Assembly (NCBI GenBank): GCA_012295275.1
Contig: CM022670.1
Span: 15,996,001 to 16,060,000 of the forward strand
Direction of reading: 5' to 3'
Length of the DNA stretch: 64,000 nucleotides
Origin: Chrysomallon squamiferum
Taxonomy: Eukaryota; Animalia; Mollusca
Of this stretch, positions 1-14,351 are shown one piece after another; within the stretch, counting starts at the first letter, position 1; the number at the start of each line of letters is the position of its first letter. The position numbers were made by a program, and so were the translations under genes. The notes below the pieces were generated by a model. That model was not told where the DNA came from. It searched no databases and was given only the letters and a program-made list of their open reading frames with translations.

Positions 1-3000
1 GAAAAAACTCTCCTGTTGACCACTTGACACAGAATATCCACTGAAATAACATATCTGTGTAGATGGTCTTTTCAACAGATTGACCCAGAAGTTCCGTTTT
101 TTTCTCTCAGTTTATTTTCTCTCCATTTAGAGCTGAATATCAGATGATGTTTGGTGAGGACATCAAATAAACAGACAGAAGGAAGCTGACAAACACACCA
201 GGATTGGCTGTACCTATTCCTGCCTTGGTCAGGATCACAGAAAGGGCTGTTGGAACTGTTCATCAGTTACCTAGTATACAAAATATGAACTCAAAAACAG
301 TTCATGGTCACCCTGCCATTATGTTAAGTACAGAAATGTTCTATTCACATTGCAACTGTTACATATCTGTGTATATGTTACAACTGCCTGTTACAATGTA
401 GCTATTCAATCAGAACCCATACAGAGATATTTCTTGTTCTGTTTCAGAAAAATAATTCTGTGTGTTTTTTTTAAAACACCTTCTGACGACCATCTGTTTA
501 CGAAACTCCAGACACAGTACTTTAGATCAAAACTTGATATGCCACAAATCATGTCAGATAAGAGTTTTTTGTTTCTTTTTTTTTTATTTTATAATGTAAG
601 TTTTTATATTAACCCATTTTTCTTGAAAGAAGGCTACTTTATAATTACTTCACTATCTTCAGACTGAACACATTTTTATACTTGCATCAATCTCCATTTA
701 AACACCCAGACACCTAACAGTCATCTGATTTATCAGAAGCAATGTCAAATTGAATTTCAGTGGCATATCTCCAGTTATCTCTGAACAGAAGACATTTTGT
801 GGATTTGATTTCAGCACACTGCTAGTCTTAATATTCTGCATCACCAGGATTGATTGTAATTACTGATTATGTGTGGTCTACATCTGCAATTGTAGGTTTC
901 ATTTCTGAACATTTATCAAACTACCTATCTGTCTGTCTGTCTGTATGTATGTTTGTATGTGTTTGGATATAAAAACCTGCATTAAAACAAAATATATATA
1001 TAAATAAAATAAAAAAACAACAACACCTGAAACAAAATCACTGTGCTGTTTTGCAAAACACATTAATAATAACTGAGGTAACTAACACCAAAACGATACA
1101 CAATTTGTTTACTCATTCTGCATGGTCATAGCTCAGTCTTCATGGCTGAAAACAAAAAAACCTGGTCGTGAGAAGCTTCTTTCAAAATACCTCACAGACA
1201 TTATCTGCATTATCAGTGGATAAGTCCAATGACCTGTGAAATATTTATTATTAGCGTGGGGATAATAAATAAAAAAGCTAACAAGTTTCATCTGAATTTT
1301 TGTTGTGATGACCTTATGCTCAGTGTCATTTGAAATAATACTTCTGCTAAAATATTACAAACTGTTTTGATCACCAGTAATGAAAAGAATTGCATCATCT
1401 TCGCTTGTTTTCTTTTTCCGTTGTTGTAAATTTGAATTATCTCAGATGACAGCCCTTCTCACACACAGACTCGCACACACACACACACACAAAAAAACAA
1501 CTAACTCAACTCGTGAGCTCATAAAGATAATTTATGAAATGGAAAATCTATTTAAAAGAGTTGTTAGAAAAGAAAAATATTGCTTACTTTATTAAAATTA
1601 AGGCTTTAGGTAAACGCTGCTGTCAATGTTATGTAACAAGGAATTTCGTAATGGGTATTTAAGGTAATTTAATTAGGATGAGATGTGTAGATTGTTTTCA
1701 GTGTTGACTGTAAAATTTATCTCACTAATGAGCTTATTCAGAGTGAATGAGGATCTACTTGTTTGTTTAAAACATGTGTAACTGTAGAACAAACAGTTTT
1801 ATCAACTTTCATTGACTGATTAAGTTCTCTTACAATGCTTTGGTAACTAACTTTTTTTTTGTTTTGTTTTGTTTTTTACTTTGTATATTTTTCAGATCTT
1901 TTCATGGACCAATAAAGCTGCTTTTGTTAGAAATGTTAAAATAAAATTTTGTAAATGGAGATATTAACTGCAGCAGTTATGTTTTATGAATTTGTTTATT
2001 TGTTTGTTGTTCACTTTTGTTTTATTTGTGGGTCTATTGTAATTTTAAAAAAAATTGTTTTATTTGTTACTTTATTTTATCTTTATTAATATTTTATATT
2101 TTATTTATTATTTTATGTATTTTTTTTTTTTTATATATATTTATTGTTTCATAAAACACGTGACTTCAGAAGCAGAAAGTGTAGGTAATATTTTATTATC
2201 AAAGCTTTCTCTGATAAACACATATCGTCTTCTCCTCATTTCATTCCCTGATTCTTTTCTTCTTTTCTCTGTTTCAACAACAAACAAAACACTGCATTTT
2301 CAAAGCAAAATTTACAGACAAAGTTGTTTTTTTCCAGAATGTAAAAACTGATGTACACAAAATAGACTGGTCGATCATTATATGCTACTCTAACCCTTGT
2401 ACAATTATCTACCTTTAAAATCTCGCAGATAATAGGAAACCTTTGAATAAATGTGACTCTTCTTTTAGCTTAGATGATTCATTCTGAGAGATTTTTACAG
2501 ATTTATCAAAGTCTGAAATCAAATCGGCCATGAAAGCCATAATTTATGACATTTTATCGGGGTCTTTTAACTCCTCTCCTCCCCTTTCTCAACTTCACAG
2601 GCCGGTCTCCCTGGGTCACGCCAGAGCTAAATCCATCAGGGGACAACTAGGGATCAGTTTATGTTCTTTTATAGTGCAAAAACTGTTCAAATAATAAAGT
2701 CCCGACTCTTGTAATTGCTACAACAACCAATTTAAAATCTAATCAAGCCAAGATTTACTAACTTGTGTGTTTATATCACTGCTCCCTTCTCTGACCTCTT
2801 GCTATTTCTCTGATTCTTTTTGGGTTGTTTATTTTTTTTGTCTCTTTCTATTTTTTTTTTTTAATGTCACAGTCAGTTGCTGTCACAAAAGATAAGATAC
2901 ACTTAAATTAATGATCTGATTACAGTGAGTTCCCAATCTAAACACTGTCAGTAAATCAGTGACTTTCATTGTTGCAGTTCCGCTAAGCAACACCTGCTTT

Positions 3001-3334
3001 TTTTTTTTAAACAGACGAGTTTGTCACCAATTTTCTCCCAAGTTCCTCATTAATCACATGCCACTGCCTTGCCCCCATGTGTTGTTCTCTCTCTCTCTGC
3101 CTCCCCATGTGTGAGATACTCAACTGCAAGCAAAGCAAGTGCTATACACAGGCTGGGCCTGTACAAGTGTTATCAGCAGAGGAGAAGGGAGACGGACTCG
3201 TACATAATCCAAGCGTAGCCAAGCAGCTTGGCAGTTCTAGAGTGGAGCTGTGTGTATACATACATACATAGACTCACTGCAGCTCCTCTTGTCACAGTGC
3301 ATTCTCTTCTCTTTCGGATACTCTCATACCTTAG

Positions 3335-3369
3335 ACAATGTCTGACCTAAGATATCCAAAGTTTGACTG
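3335..3369 (+). CDS. Ror: Putative small upstream Ror exon (T)MSDLRYPKFD(W); internal 35-nt exon or alternative first coding exon (ATG at 3338)
   Basis: Pyrimidine-rich tract ending ccttag (AG 3333-3334), ATG 3338-3340, strong donor TG|GTAAGA at 3369/3370 followed by a long T-rich tract. Its phase-2 end joins 16538 in frame. No homology evidence recognised. Confidence 0.45.
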
Positions 3370-6300
3370 GTAAGAAAATCTTTTTTATTTATTTATTTAT
3401 AATAGTTATTTTTTTTAAATTACTTTTTCTTATTAGGTTTTTTTTTATTTTTTTTTTTCAGTTTAATGTTAAAATAAAAAGTTACATATTTTTTTTATTC
3501 TTTTTTTTTTTAACATTTTTTTTTTTTTCTTTTCTTGTTGTTTATTCAGACTTTACTCAGTCCAAGCTGCACTTGTCACTTCTTTTTTTTTTTCTTCTGA
3601 TGTTGTTGTTGTTGGCGCTGTTCTGTTTTCGTAGTATTGGTTTTGTTGTTCTTTCCCTGTTTGATGTCTTGATAACCTCTTACACTGAACTTCAGTGTTA
3701 ATAAACTTCTAAATTAGACAACTCTTTAAATACTTCATTTGTTTTTGTTTTTTTTAATTCCTTAAATAAAATTTATAATTTGAAATCCATTTGATTTTAA
3801 TGTCTTAAAATGTTTGTGGGTTGTTTTTTTTCAAGTTTTATTTAATTTCATAATTTGAACTTTGTTATGATTTTAAGTTGTACAAATGTCAAAAATACCT
3901 AGAAAAAAATATTTTTCTTCTGTATCTTCTTTGTAATTTTATTTTAAATTGTTTTTGCTGGTTTTTTAAACAGTTTGCCTGATTATATCCATTCACATAA
4001 CTTTTAAGTTCTGACAGTTCTATTATGTTTAATTAACATTTTTGTTTTTTATTTATTATTGTTTTAAATTAAACTGTTGCTTTATTTTAATTTCTCACTT
4101 TCTAAAATGTACTGATAAATATAAATTAGATTTTTATTTACCTATAAAACTATGAAGAATATTTTTAACAACAGAATTAACTATGGTGTAGTGTACATAA
4201 AATGGAATGAACTTTTTTTAAAAAGTAATTAATAATTAAGACAGCTGTTAAAATGATAAATAATTTAAATAACTGACTGAATTTTAATCAGATCTTATTT
4301 TTATATTAAAATCTTCATAACAATTTTTATTCTTTTTATATTTCATTTATTTATAAAAAATAATGTACTATTTCATAAAAAAAAAAATATAATATACATA
4401 ACATTTCATAATCTTTCAATATTGTTCTGTTCAGTAAAGCATTTATAATTATTTTTTAAATCTTAAAATTTCTGCTATTAGAATCATTTTCAGTCAGTAT
4501 TAATAGTTTTCAGTGTGAAAGATAATAACAGACAATGGATGATGATAATAAAATGGAAATATTCTGTGGATTATGGATAAATTCACATTTTCTATTAATT
4601 GAATTCTAACCTCTGAATTATGCCATACTAATTCAGTTATGTGGTACAAAATTAGCCTTAAATATTGATGAATAATAGATCTAAATATAACAGAAATAAC
4701 TGGTGTAATTTCAGTCTTATGTTCAGTCTGATTTTTAACCCTATTTTAAACGGTCAGTTTTAATTATTGTAATTTGTATTATTTAGTTAGTTATTTTTAT
4801 TATTATTTTTTAACATTTATTAGTATTAATACAATTTTCAGTCATTTCCACGGTACATTCACAAACCTAAATATTATAAACGAAACGTGAAATAAAATAC
4901 AGAATTAACTGCAGTGAACATAAACAAAGCACAGTTATTAACTATGATGAACCAGTTATCGATTGAAATACCAAAGGTCTATACATCATATTGATTATTA
5001 CATCATATGTGCTGTTCACTTCTCATAGGTGTTGAATTGTGGAGTAGTAGAACACACTGCAAATGAATTTATTACAACATGGAGTCACCTGCTACATTTG
5101 TCCACATGCTTTGATTCTTCGTCTTTGTTTGTGCTCGCAGCTTTACTGATCTGTTGAAAATCTGAGTGCACACTCACAGCAGTAATCTCTGTTGTGTTTT
5201 TGTACATATTAGTTAACAGTGTGTGTGTGTGTTAAGTAATAGATCACCAGAACTCGAAAACTCCACTGGTCATAGTTTGACAGGTGTTTTTATTTTTTAA
5301 TATGAAGTATGCTTCGCTGCTTCTAAAAGATTAGATATTCTCATTATTAAATTTTGTTTTTTATTGTTGTTGTTGCTATATATTTTATCTTTTTGAAATT
5401 ATTATTATTATTTTTTTTTTTTTAGATACTGTGTTTGATTTGAAGTATAATAATAAGATTAAAGAGAATAAACAGAGATTTATAGCAAATATTATTATTT
5501 GGGAAAAACAAAAGATAGGGAAACAAGTTTTGAAATATGTTTCATTTTACTAAATAAAAGAACTACTCATCAGAAAAGCCATAACAATCACTATCATTTA
5601 TGTCAGCAAAATTTTTGATCTAGCATCTTAAACTGTTCATACAGACACATAATGTTATCAATAGCGCTTCTTCTCTGGTTTCAAAATATCTCATTGATGC
5701 ATACATGTAGACACACGTCCTCAAGGGAAATATTAAATAAAACCGTTTGTTAGGTCTGCAAGCAAACAACAACCCCGGTGGTCATTCATTAAGTAAATGG
5801 ACACTGGTATCCATTTTATCTATGTCTTATCATGTCCAGAATTTGTAATATTATCTTACCAACCAAGACTGTTTATTTCACAAAGCATTTGATGACATGC
5901 TCACCGCATATTGAAGTTTTCAAAGTCACACACATGATTTCTTATAATGCGACCACTTACAATTATGATCAGTAGAGATGTGCTGTGTCTGCTCCCCTTT
6001 AATCTGAAATCTTTCAGAGTTCCTGCATTCCTCAAAGACAGCATTAAGCTTCAGAAGAATCTCTGCGAGTGAAAAGGGTTAATTTTGGGCAATCTTCATT
6101 AACTTTCCTACCTTGTGAACTTTCAGTGTGGCTTTAAAAACAGTGCCATGAAAGTGACTCTTTAGCGAACTGGGAGATAAACATGAAAGAATGGCTAGAT
6201 GAACAGATGTATTAGTGTGTATAATTCTGTGTGTGTATGTGTGTTTGTGTCAGTGTGTTTGTCTGTCTGTGTGTGTGGGTGTTTGCATTTACACATGTGT

Positions 6301-7348
6301 GTCTATCTTTATATCTGTGTGTGTTGGTGTGTGTTTGTATGTTCATATATGTGTTAACAAAATATTATTTCATATTTTAAAAAAGAGGTCTTGATCTAGT
6401 CCCACAGACATTTTAATGTGATATTACAATGGTTGTGAACATGAAGAAGAGACATCTGTTTTCATAATAACTGATAAATAATCACTGTTGCTAATTTTTT
6501 TCTTATCGCATCATGGCTTGTAACCATGTGGTATGCAACAGTTGTGAAACTGTGATCACAAGCTGATATGAGTATTTAATTATTTCAAAGTTACCTAAGT
6601 CACCTATTGATTCTGGTGTTACAAACACAACTGCCATCTTCAACATTACTCTGACATTATCACCTTCATAATAACCGTGGTGATGTCTGCCCAGCATGTG
6701 ACACAACAGAGTATTTCTGTGTTAATTAATTTTAACAGAATTGTCTTACTTCAGATGTTAACTACTTCCTTTTACCTGTATATTTTAAAGCAAAAAAATT
6801 AACATGAGGCCTAGGGAAATTCATATTTAGAGTCTGTAAAAGTACCAAATGATACTAAAACCAATTAATTTTATGTATTTCATGCAAAGTCATGGCATTT
6901 ATGTATACAAATTAAGACATTGCATATAAAATAAATACTTATACACACACACACACACATTTTTATGAAGGCATACAGATAAATTCACCTCCAGACTTTA
7001 AATGAAAAATTTCAAAAGATTGAATTTCCTTTCTCCTTGTACAAAATTCTCTCTCAGTTTCTTGCAAACATCTAAATGTTCAGAAGAATTGTACAATTTT
7101 TATTTTATTTTCTGCTGGACACTTACTAATAAATACATTACAGCTTTGCTGAACGTCATCTGGACACTGCATTCCTGCTGATGTGTCCATCAAGCTGTCA
7201 CTTTGATACATCTTCATTGCTGACCACTCAGACGTAATCTGACATTTTCTTTATTATGTTATATTCGAACATTCGTATTATTTAATATGCTATCTTGAAT
7301 ACAGTACCTTCAGAATTTGTACTTGTACTAGTAACTGACTGTCATTTA

Positions 7349-7388
<40 letters not shown>

Positions 7389-7847
7389 TCTAATATAATA
7401 ACAGTATTTACAATATTAAAAGTAAATTTATATTAAAATCAAATTACAAAACATTCTTTTTATATTCTAAAAATCAAGCTGGAAAAGAAAAAAAAAAAAA
7501 AAAAACTTTTCTAAATATCTCAGAATTAAATCTGAAAATTTAAATTATAGATAAAATAAAACTTTTTCCCAAATACTGTGAAAACTAAGACCAAGCAGTC
7601 TAGTATTATTTATTTATAATCTGGAAACACAAGGAGATTAAGTTAGTGTAAAGAAAAGGAAACTTCGGCGGCGTGTGAACAAGGTGTTGATGGGAAATAT
7701 TTGGTGAATTTTATCAGATATTTGACCACCTCCAGATTGTACGATCCAATTACCAGAGTAACTTCCACCTGTTGCCCGACTCAGGTGTGACAGGTAGACA
7801 GTCATGTAGAATTCTTCTTGTCACAGAGTATTAACTTTTAAATCATT

Positions 7848-8008
7848 CAGTTATACACTGTTATTTATCATTTGTATCATTCAGTTATACACTGTTATTT
7901 ATCATTCATACTGGACATAGTTATACACTGTTATTTATCATTCATACTGGACACTTTATACACTTATTTATCATTCATACTGGACACAGTTATACACTGT
8001 TATTTATT
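7848..8008. repeat. Minisatellite, ~33-36 bp unit (cagttatacactgttatttatcattcatactggaca), ~4.5 copies
   Basis: Tandem copies visible directly; they generate the spurious repetitive ORF 7872..8075. Confidence 0.9.
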
Positions 8009-8111
8009 TGTTGGTTTTTGGGGGTGTTCTTTTAGTGGGTTTTTTAAAATTCTTTTAGTTTTCTGCTATAACTAAAAATCACTTAAATTATATCAACATT
8101 GATAATTTTAA

Positions 8112-8146
<35 letters not shown>

Positions 8147-11100
8147 AGCAGTTTTAAAAATATGAACAGCAGCAGTCTGCTTCTCAGCAGTTTGCATCAC
8201 TCACAAAACGTGTATTCAAGTTGACAGTTTATTTTATTTTTAAGTGAAGGTGCAATTTAATCCCTGTGATATTTGATGCACTTATCAGGTTACATTTTGT
8301 TAAGAGTCACTGGGTAACCAAATGGTGACACCTGTTATTGTTGTGCTGTTAGCAAATGGTGCATTAATGACTGTGGCAGTTTGCTTGGAGAGAATCCTCA
8401 CTGACAGCTAACAGTGACTCTACACAGTGTGTTACAACTCAGAATAAAACTCATTACTCTCATCTTTCCTTACACAGTGTTCTCTATACACCCTCAGTTC
8501 CACTTTTCAGAATGCTTATTGGTGTGTGTGTGTGTTTATTTTAATTCTTCCTGTTTTTGTTACTTTTATCCATCTCTTTCTCTCTCCCTCTCTCTCTCTC
8601 TATCTCAGTCATTCTTTCTTCATCTTTATCTCCCACTTGGATATATATATATATATATTTATCCATCTAGCTATCTGTCTAACTATCTATATATTTACAC
8701 ACTCACAGATATGTATGTATATATGTAGTCTATTAAGATGAACAAGTTGTAAAAGTTATAATATTAAAAATGTAAAGTATATGTTAAAAAATTAACACAT
8801 GAAACATTTTTATGATGTTTCAGTATGTGCAGCTACCATAAATCAGTGATATCTGTATTTTGTACATGTAAAAATAAACAATAAAAAGTGCACAGCCTTG
8901 TAAAAAATAACATAGCATATCCTTCTTATTCAGTTCTTTTAAAACATTCACGTTTTAAAAATATCTTTATTTACTCTTTAGTATCATAATAAATATGTCT
9001 TTTTAACTGAGTTGTATAATAAAATATCTTTACTGTTTTTTATATTAAAATATCTTTACTATTTTTTTTATTTTTATTTAGAGTTGTATATTATAATAAC
9101 TTTATTTACTGTTTTCCACTATTGAAATATCTTTATTAACAATTTGTATATTAAAATGTACATCACCGTGCTGTGTTTTCCACAACGTGGATAAACCTAA
9201 TTTACACCTGTATAAACTCTGCCTGATGGCCAGGAGAATTGAGACTGAATATTAATAGATAACATATATACATGTCAGGCTGTGTTTAGATATGCACTTC
9301 ATCCACCGTAAACTTACCATTGATGGTAAGATATACATGGGGAAATGGGAAATAATTTTCATATCATCCCAATGGTCAAAAGGTCAGATGTCAAGATGCC
9401 AAAGTTCTAATATATTACCTGTCCATATTTACTGATAAAGTTAATTAATATTTTTTATGTATATCATATTAGATATTCTGCAGTTCATTTAGAGAAATTT
9501 TGTTATTTTTCCATACATTTTTAATCATTATAATTCTTATGACTGTAACTAATAATATAATTTAATATTAATATTATTATAATGATCATCAATTTGTTAT
9601 TATTCTTTTTATTATATCATCAATTTATTATTATTGTTATTAGTATTATCATCAGTTTATTGTCTGTATTATCATCACCAGTTTATTATTGTTTTTATTA
9701 TTATTAGAGAACAGTCTTTTACACAACAAATCAGAATAATTTTTAATTTTTAAGAATCACTAAAAAAAAAAAAAAAAAAAAAAAAGAAGTATTGTTTTTC
9801 TACAACTCAGAAAACTACACCAGATTTTCATCTTTGTTTTTCATCAGTGGAGAAAATATGCACATCAAAGATAGTTTATCTGGTCCAATCAAAAAACAAA
9901 AATCTTGCAATTTATTTTTGTGCTTCAGAATGGAGGCCAAAAAAAAAAGCCCAGACTGCATGACACAATCAGTTTTATCACATGGAGAGAATGTTTCTGA
10001 AATTAGTTGAATGTATCAACAGTTACAGACTGCGTTACACAAGTAGATCCTCTCATTGCTGAGAAATACTTGTGAAATGTGCATCACTTAATTTAGTCTC
10101 AGTGGTCCATGAAATACTGGCAGGAACAAAACGACAAACCAGATGGGGAAAACAAAGGTTTAAAAGAAAGAACCTGCGAGTGAATCAATTAAATGTGTCA
10201 CTAAATAACTTTTTAATTTTGTTGAGTTCTAGTTATTACCTGACATTTGTGGAAAATTGTTTTTTTTTTATTTAGTTATTTTAGTTCATTTAATAATTAT
10301 TAATTTTTATTTTATTTATTTTGTTTTATTTAATTTTTTTATATTTAATTTTTTTGTTTTTTGTTTTTGTTTTAATTTGAAGGTATTATTATTCATTTTT
10401 GTCTCCTTTTTTGTTTTTTTTTGTTTTTGTAGTGTATCTTTGAAGTTTGTCATAAGACAGTCTGTAATACACTTTAGATGTTGAATATTAAATGTCAGTT
10501 AGATTTTAATTATCTTAATTATAAATTAATATTTGTACATATTTGTCTGTGTCTGTGTGTGTGTATGTTAAATATTTATTTTCTGATTTTCTGACTTACA
10601 TGAAACATTCCAAAATATATTCATATCCTTCCCAAAATCATTTATTTATTTCTCTTTAATTTTTTTCTTTCCTTCAATCATTATTTTTTTTCTTTCTTTC
10701 TGTTTCTTTTCATCTTTCTTTAAAAGTTGCTTTTTAAGATTTGTTTATAGTTAAAACAACTAAGTTATTTTCCATTGCTTAAGGAGTGTTTTCTCAGTAA
10801 CATTTACTGCTTTGAATTTCAATTCCTAGCATGTCACAGAAGACGGACTTAAGTATAACTCAGTCTGGGGAGTGATTCTAAAAGCAACAGGATGAATTGC
10901 ACTGAAATTCTGTTGCTATCTTTGTTACGAGTGAACCATTTATAATGTCACTAAGTTACTAACAGTTATGGGGTGTGCTGAAATCTATGAACATAGCTGG
11001 CATTTTTGTGCCAGTGCAATAAATACTAAGAGCTGTGAGTTGTTGGTAAATTTGATTTTTGAGCTGGCACTGTTTTGTAAATGAGTGCAAGTGTTGAAAA

Positions 11101-12879
11101 CCAGTCTAGGACAGTCTCAAGAGATTTGGAAACAAATATGACTGACGTTTTTATGTTATATTCAGACAGTGTTAATTTAATTTAATTGTCGACATAAACA
11201 ATAATTTTCTTTTTAAAACTTTTGGAAATTACAACAACAAAAAAATGAAAAACAGGTTCAAAATTTTATTTTGTTTTTTACTTGTGAATTATATGAACAT
11301 TTAGAAATATTTTTTGGTTAATTTCATAATAAGATATATATATATTTTTTTTTTTTTTTGTAAAAGGTTGTATCAGAAGGTACTTATATAAATTAGGATT
11401 TTCATCAGGCATGTCAATGTAGCCAAAATAAACAACTCATAACCTTATTTAATACATTTTTATTTTTATTTAATCTTGAATAGATATTTTCCTTGAAATT
11501 ATATAAATATATATATATATACTTTAAAAAAAAAAAATGCCAATGCGAATAAAAAATTATAAATGTAAAATTGATTCAAAAATATTTTCAGTAAAATCAC
11601 ATCATTAAGGATCTACCCCCAAGCTTTGAACAAAAACATCAGATATTTAATACACACTTTTGAAATGAAACTTTTTAAAGTACTTTTCTCTCTTCAACAC
11701 TAGCTCATTGTTTAAATCCACGAAACGCATAAAAGTTGAAGATGTGTTTCAAGCAGTTTCGTTGACAACCCTGGCTGATGTTGTGCTGTGTACAAGATGA
11801 AATTCCTGTCTGTCACAATGCTGCCATATTTTGCGTGTAACCCTATCTGTCTATGACTAGTGCTGTAGGAAACAGTATTTCATATGATGATGGTCGTTGT
11901 CCTGTTTCTAGATGTGTTAACACTGCTTCCCAGAAGACTGGGCTTCAGTTATTAGTTTTTTTTTTTTTTTTTATTATTCATTTCTGTATATATATATAAA
12001 TTCAGAAATATCACCTATTTGTCTTAATCATGGTAAAAGCAGTTATTTAGATAAATACACTTGTGGGGATAATAATTTCTACATATCTATCTAAATATGC
12101 GGTGTGTGTGTGTATATATGTATATGTCATAACTGGAGTGGTATTATTTCTAAAAAAAAAATAATTTTATATAAAAAATACTCAAACATCTGGCAAACAT
12201 TAATGTTGCAGACTTCACATTATTTTTGAGAAATATTTAAAATGTGATAAATTCACATTTAAAAGCAGTTATCAATGACTATGAATTACGTATTTCAGCC
12301 AGCACTTGTCTTTTCCTCATAATCTATTATGTAAAAGATGAAAAAAGACAATGGTATTCCAACAGAAAGTTAAATTAATTTCGCCACATATGGAAATCTA
12401 TAAAACAGGACACCACCTGTCAGGACTGGTGCCTTAGGGGCAGCAGCTAACAACGATGAGGAGAAAAAACAGGGTCAGCAGTCAGTCGCAGTGACAGCAT
12501 CCATTACTTCTGTCCAGACAACGGCAGAGGGCTTGGTGTGTTCTGTATGAAGCAACATGTGGATATTAAAGAACCGATTCTCTCTTACATGGCTTTAATG
12601 TGACTGGTCATTTGTTTTCTCCTTCCTTCACAAAGCATAACAAGCAACAACATTCTGGCCTTTTTCATGTTTTTTTTCTTCTTTTTTTAAAAAACAAAAA
12701 ATGCTTTGAGCATTATTACTGTAACATGATGTACATTTTTGAGCTCTGGTGTGTTCAAAGATAATACTGTGGATATCTGCATTGTAAAAATATGCCTACA
12801 AAACTAGTTTCAGACACCTGGGTGGATGATATATGTTTGGACTTGAACTAAGATGTGTATATGCTGGAATTTTGTAGCC

Positions 12880-13030
12880 AATATGTTTTACTGTCTGTGA
12901 GAAGGTGCATATTAAATATCCATTTACAGCTAGTTATTGAGAGCTGTGTAAATGGTTTTCCTATCATTTATCTGTTATACCAAAAAGAAGTTGGACATTT
13001 TTGAAAATGTTCATGTATCATTAAACACAG
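12880..13030 (+). mobile_element. Degenerate interspersed repeat fragment (SINE-like)
   Basis: Shares tctgtgRgaaggtgcaYa (16/18 identical) with 18501-18518; resembles from memory the body of a gastropod tRNA-derived SINE. Family unverified. Confidence 0.4.
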
Positions 13031-13147
13031 ATTAAATTAATTCATCCAGTAAAAAGCCCTTGATAAAGGTGTGCACACACACACACACACACTCATACAC
13101 ACATTCATATCAACACTCAACAACACTCCCATATATACACTCACACA

Positions 13148-13182
<35 letters not shown>

Positions 13183-14320
13183 ACATACACTCACACTCAT
13201 ATGCACTAATACAGAGAAAGATCTTTACAAATAGTGTAACATTTTTCATAACTACTGTTCAAGCTGAATTAAACTATTTTCTGATAGTTTAAGCAGAAAA
13301 TGTTTCTCATTATAATACTGGGTAACAACAGTCCCAGACAGACTGTGAATGAAATCTGATGATTTTAGAAGCTGTGTGTTGTTTTTCCTTCATTTCCTTT
13401 AATGCAGATTGTGTTTCATGTAATTATGCAGAACCTACAAGATTTACCTGGTGAAGGAAATCAAATATAATACAATGACAACAACTGACATTAAACTTAA
13501 ATTAATAAAGGAGATAATATATTTCTATTGCCACATCATTTGTTTCTAGCTACTGTTAAAAAAATAATAATAAATAACAGAAAAAATCACTGTATTCAAA
13601 TTTCATTATTATCTGTTATATATATTTTTATTTTCATCTGCTTTTTTAAAAAAATACTTTTATTTATTTTATTTTACTTTTCAAAGAGTATTCACAAAGA
13701 GCAGGTAACTCTATTGACTAGTGAAGATTACATATTCACTGGTGATGATATCTGACTGGATAATAGTAAAATATTGATAACTAGATAAACACTGAGGAAT
13801 TGGACCGGAGTTAAGTGATATTGGTCATATCACCTTCAAAGTTCAGATGGGCAGGCCGTACATTTGATCAAATTGATCCCAGTAGATTACAATCTCTGCT
13901 TTGATATCTGATCACTGCACTATCCATCCGCCCATTTTAGGTGCAAAAATATGAATTAATGGAAGAGGTGCTCTGTAAAAATAAGTGCATTTTATAATGA
14001 CCTCTGGTCAGCTGTTAGAGACCAAGTGTTTGGTCAAGTTTAAATAAAAGTGGTTTATTATTATGTTAATAATACGTACTATACCAACAGCACACAGGAA
14101 GGACAATCCAAGTATTTACTAAAGTTTCTGAAATCAGAATGATTATACTAATTTTAAAAATTAAGTAAAAAAATATTTAGAATTGTAAACTGGTAAGATG
14201 ATATGTATGAGGTGTTTGTGTTTTGACTGAAAGTTAATTTATATTTGTGCTATTTTAAAGATTTTATTTATTAATTAATAATTAAAAAAAATTATAGTTT
14301 ACAGTCCAAACACACCAATG

Positions 14321-14351
<31 letters not shown>

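Noticed and set aside
7848-8008. Regularly spaced ~35-bp repeats as a CRISPR-like array
   Set aside because: Head-to-tail tandem units without unique spacers, in a eukaryotic intron, with no cas genes.
9313-9330. Inverted repeat cttaccat-tg-atggtaag masking a donor-like GTAAGA
   Set aside because: Only an 8-bp stem with a 2-nt loop and no associated exon; expected by chance.
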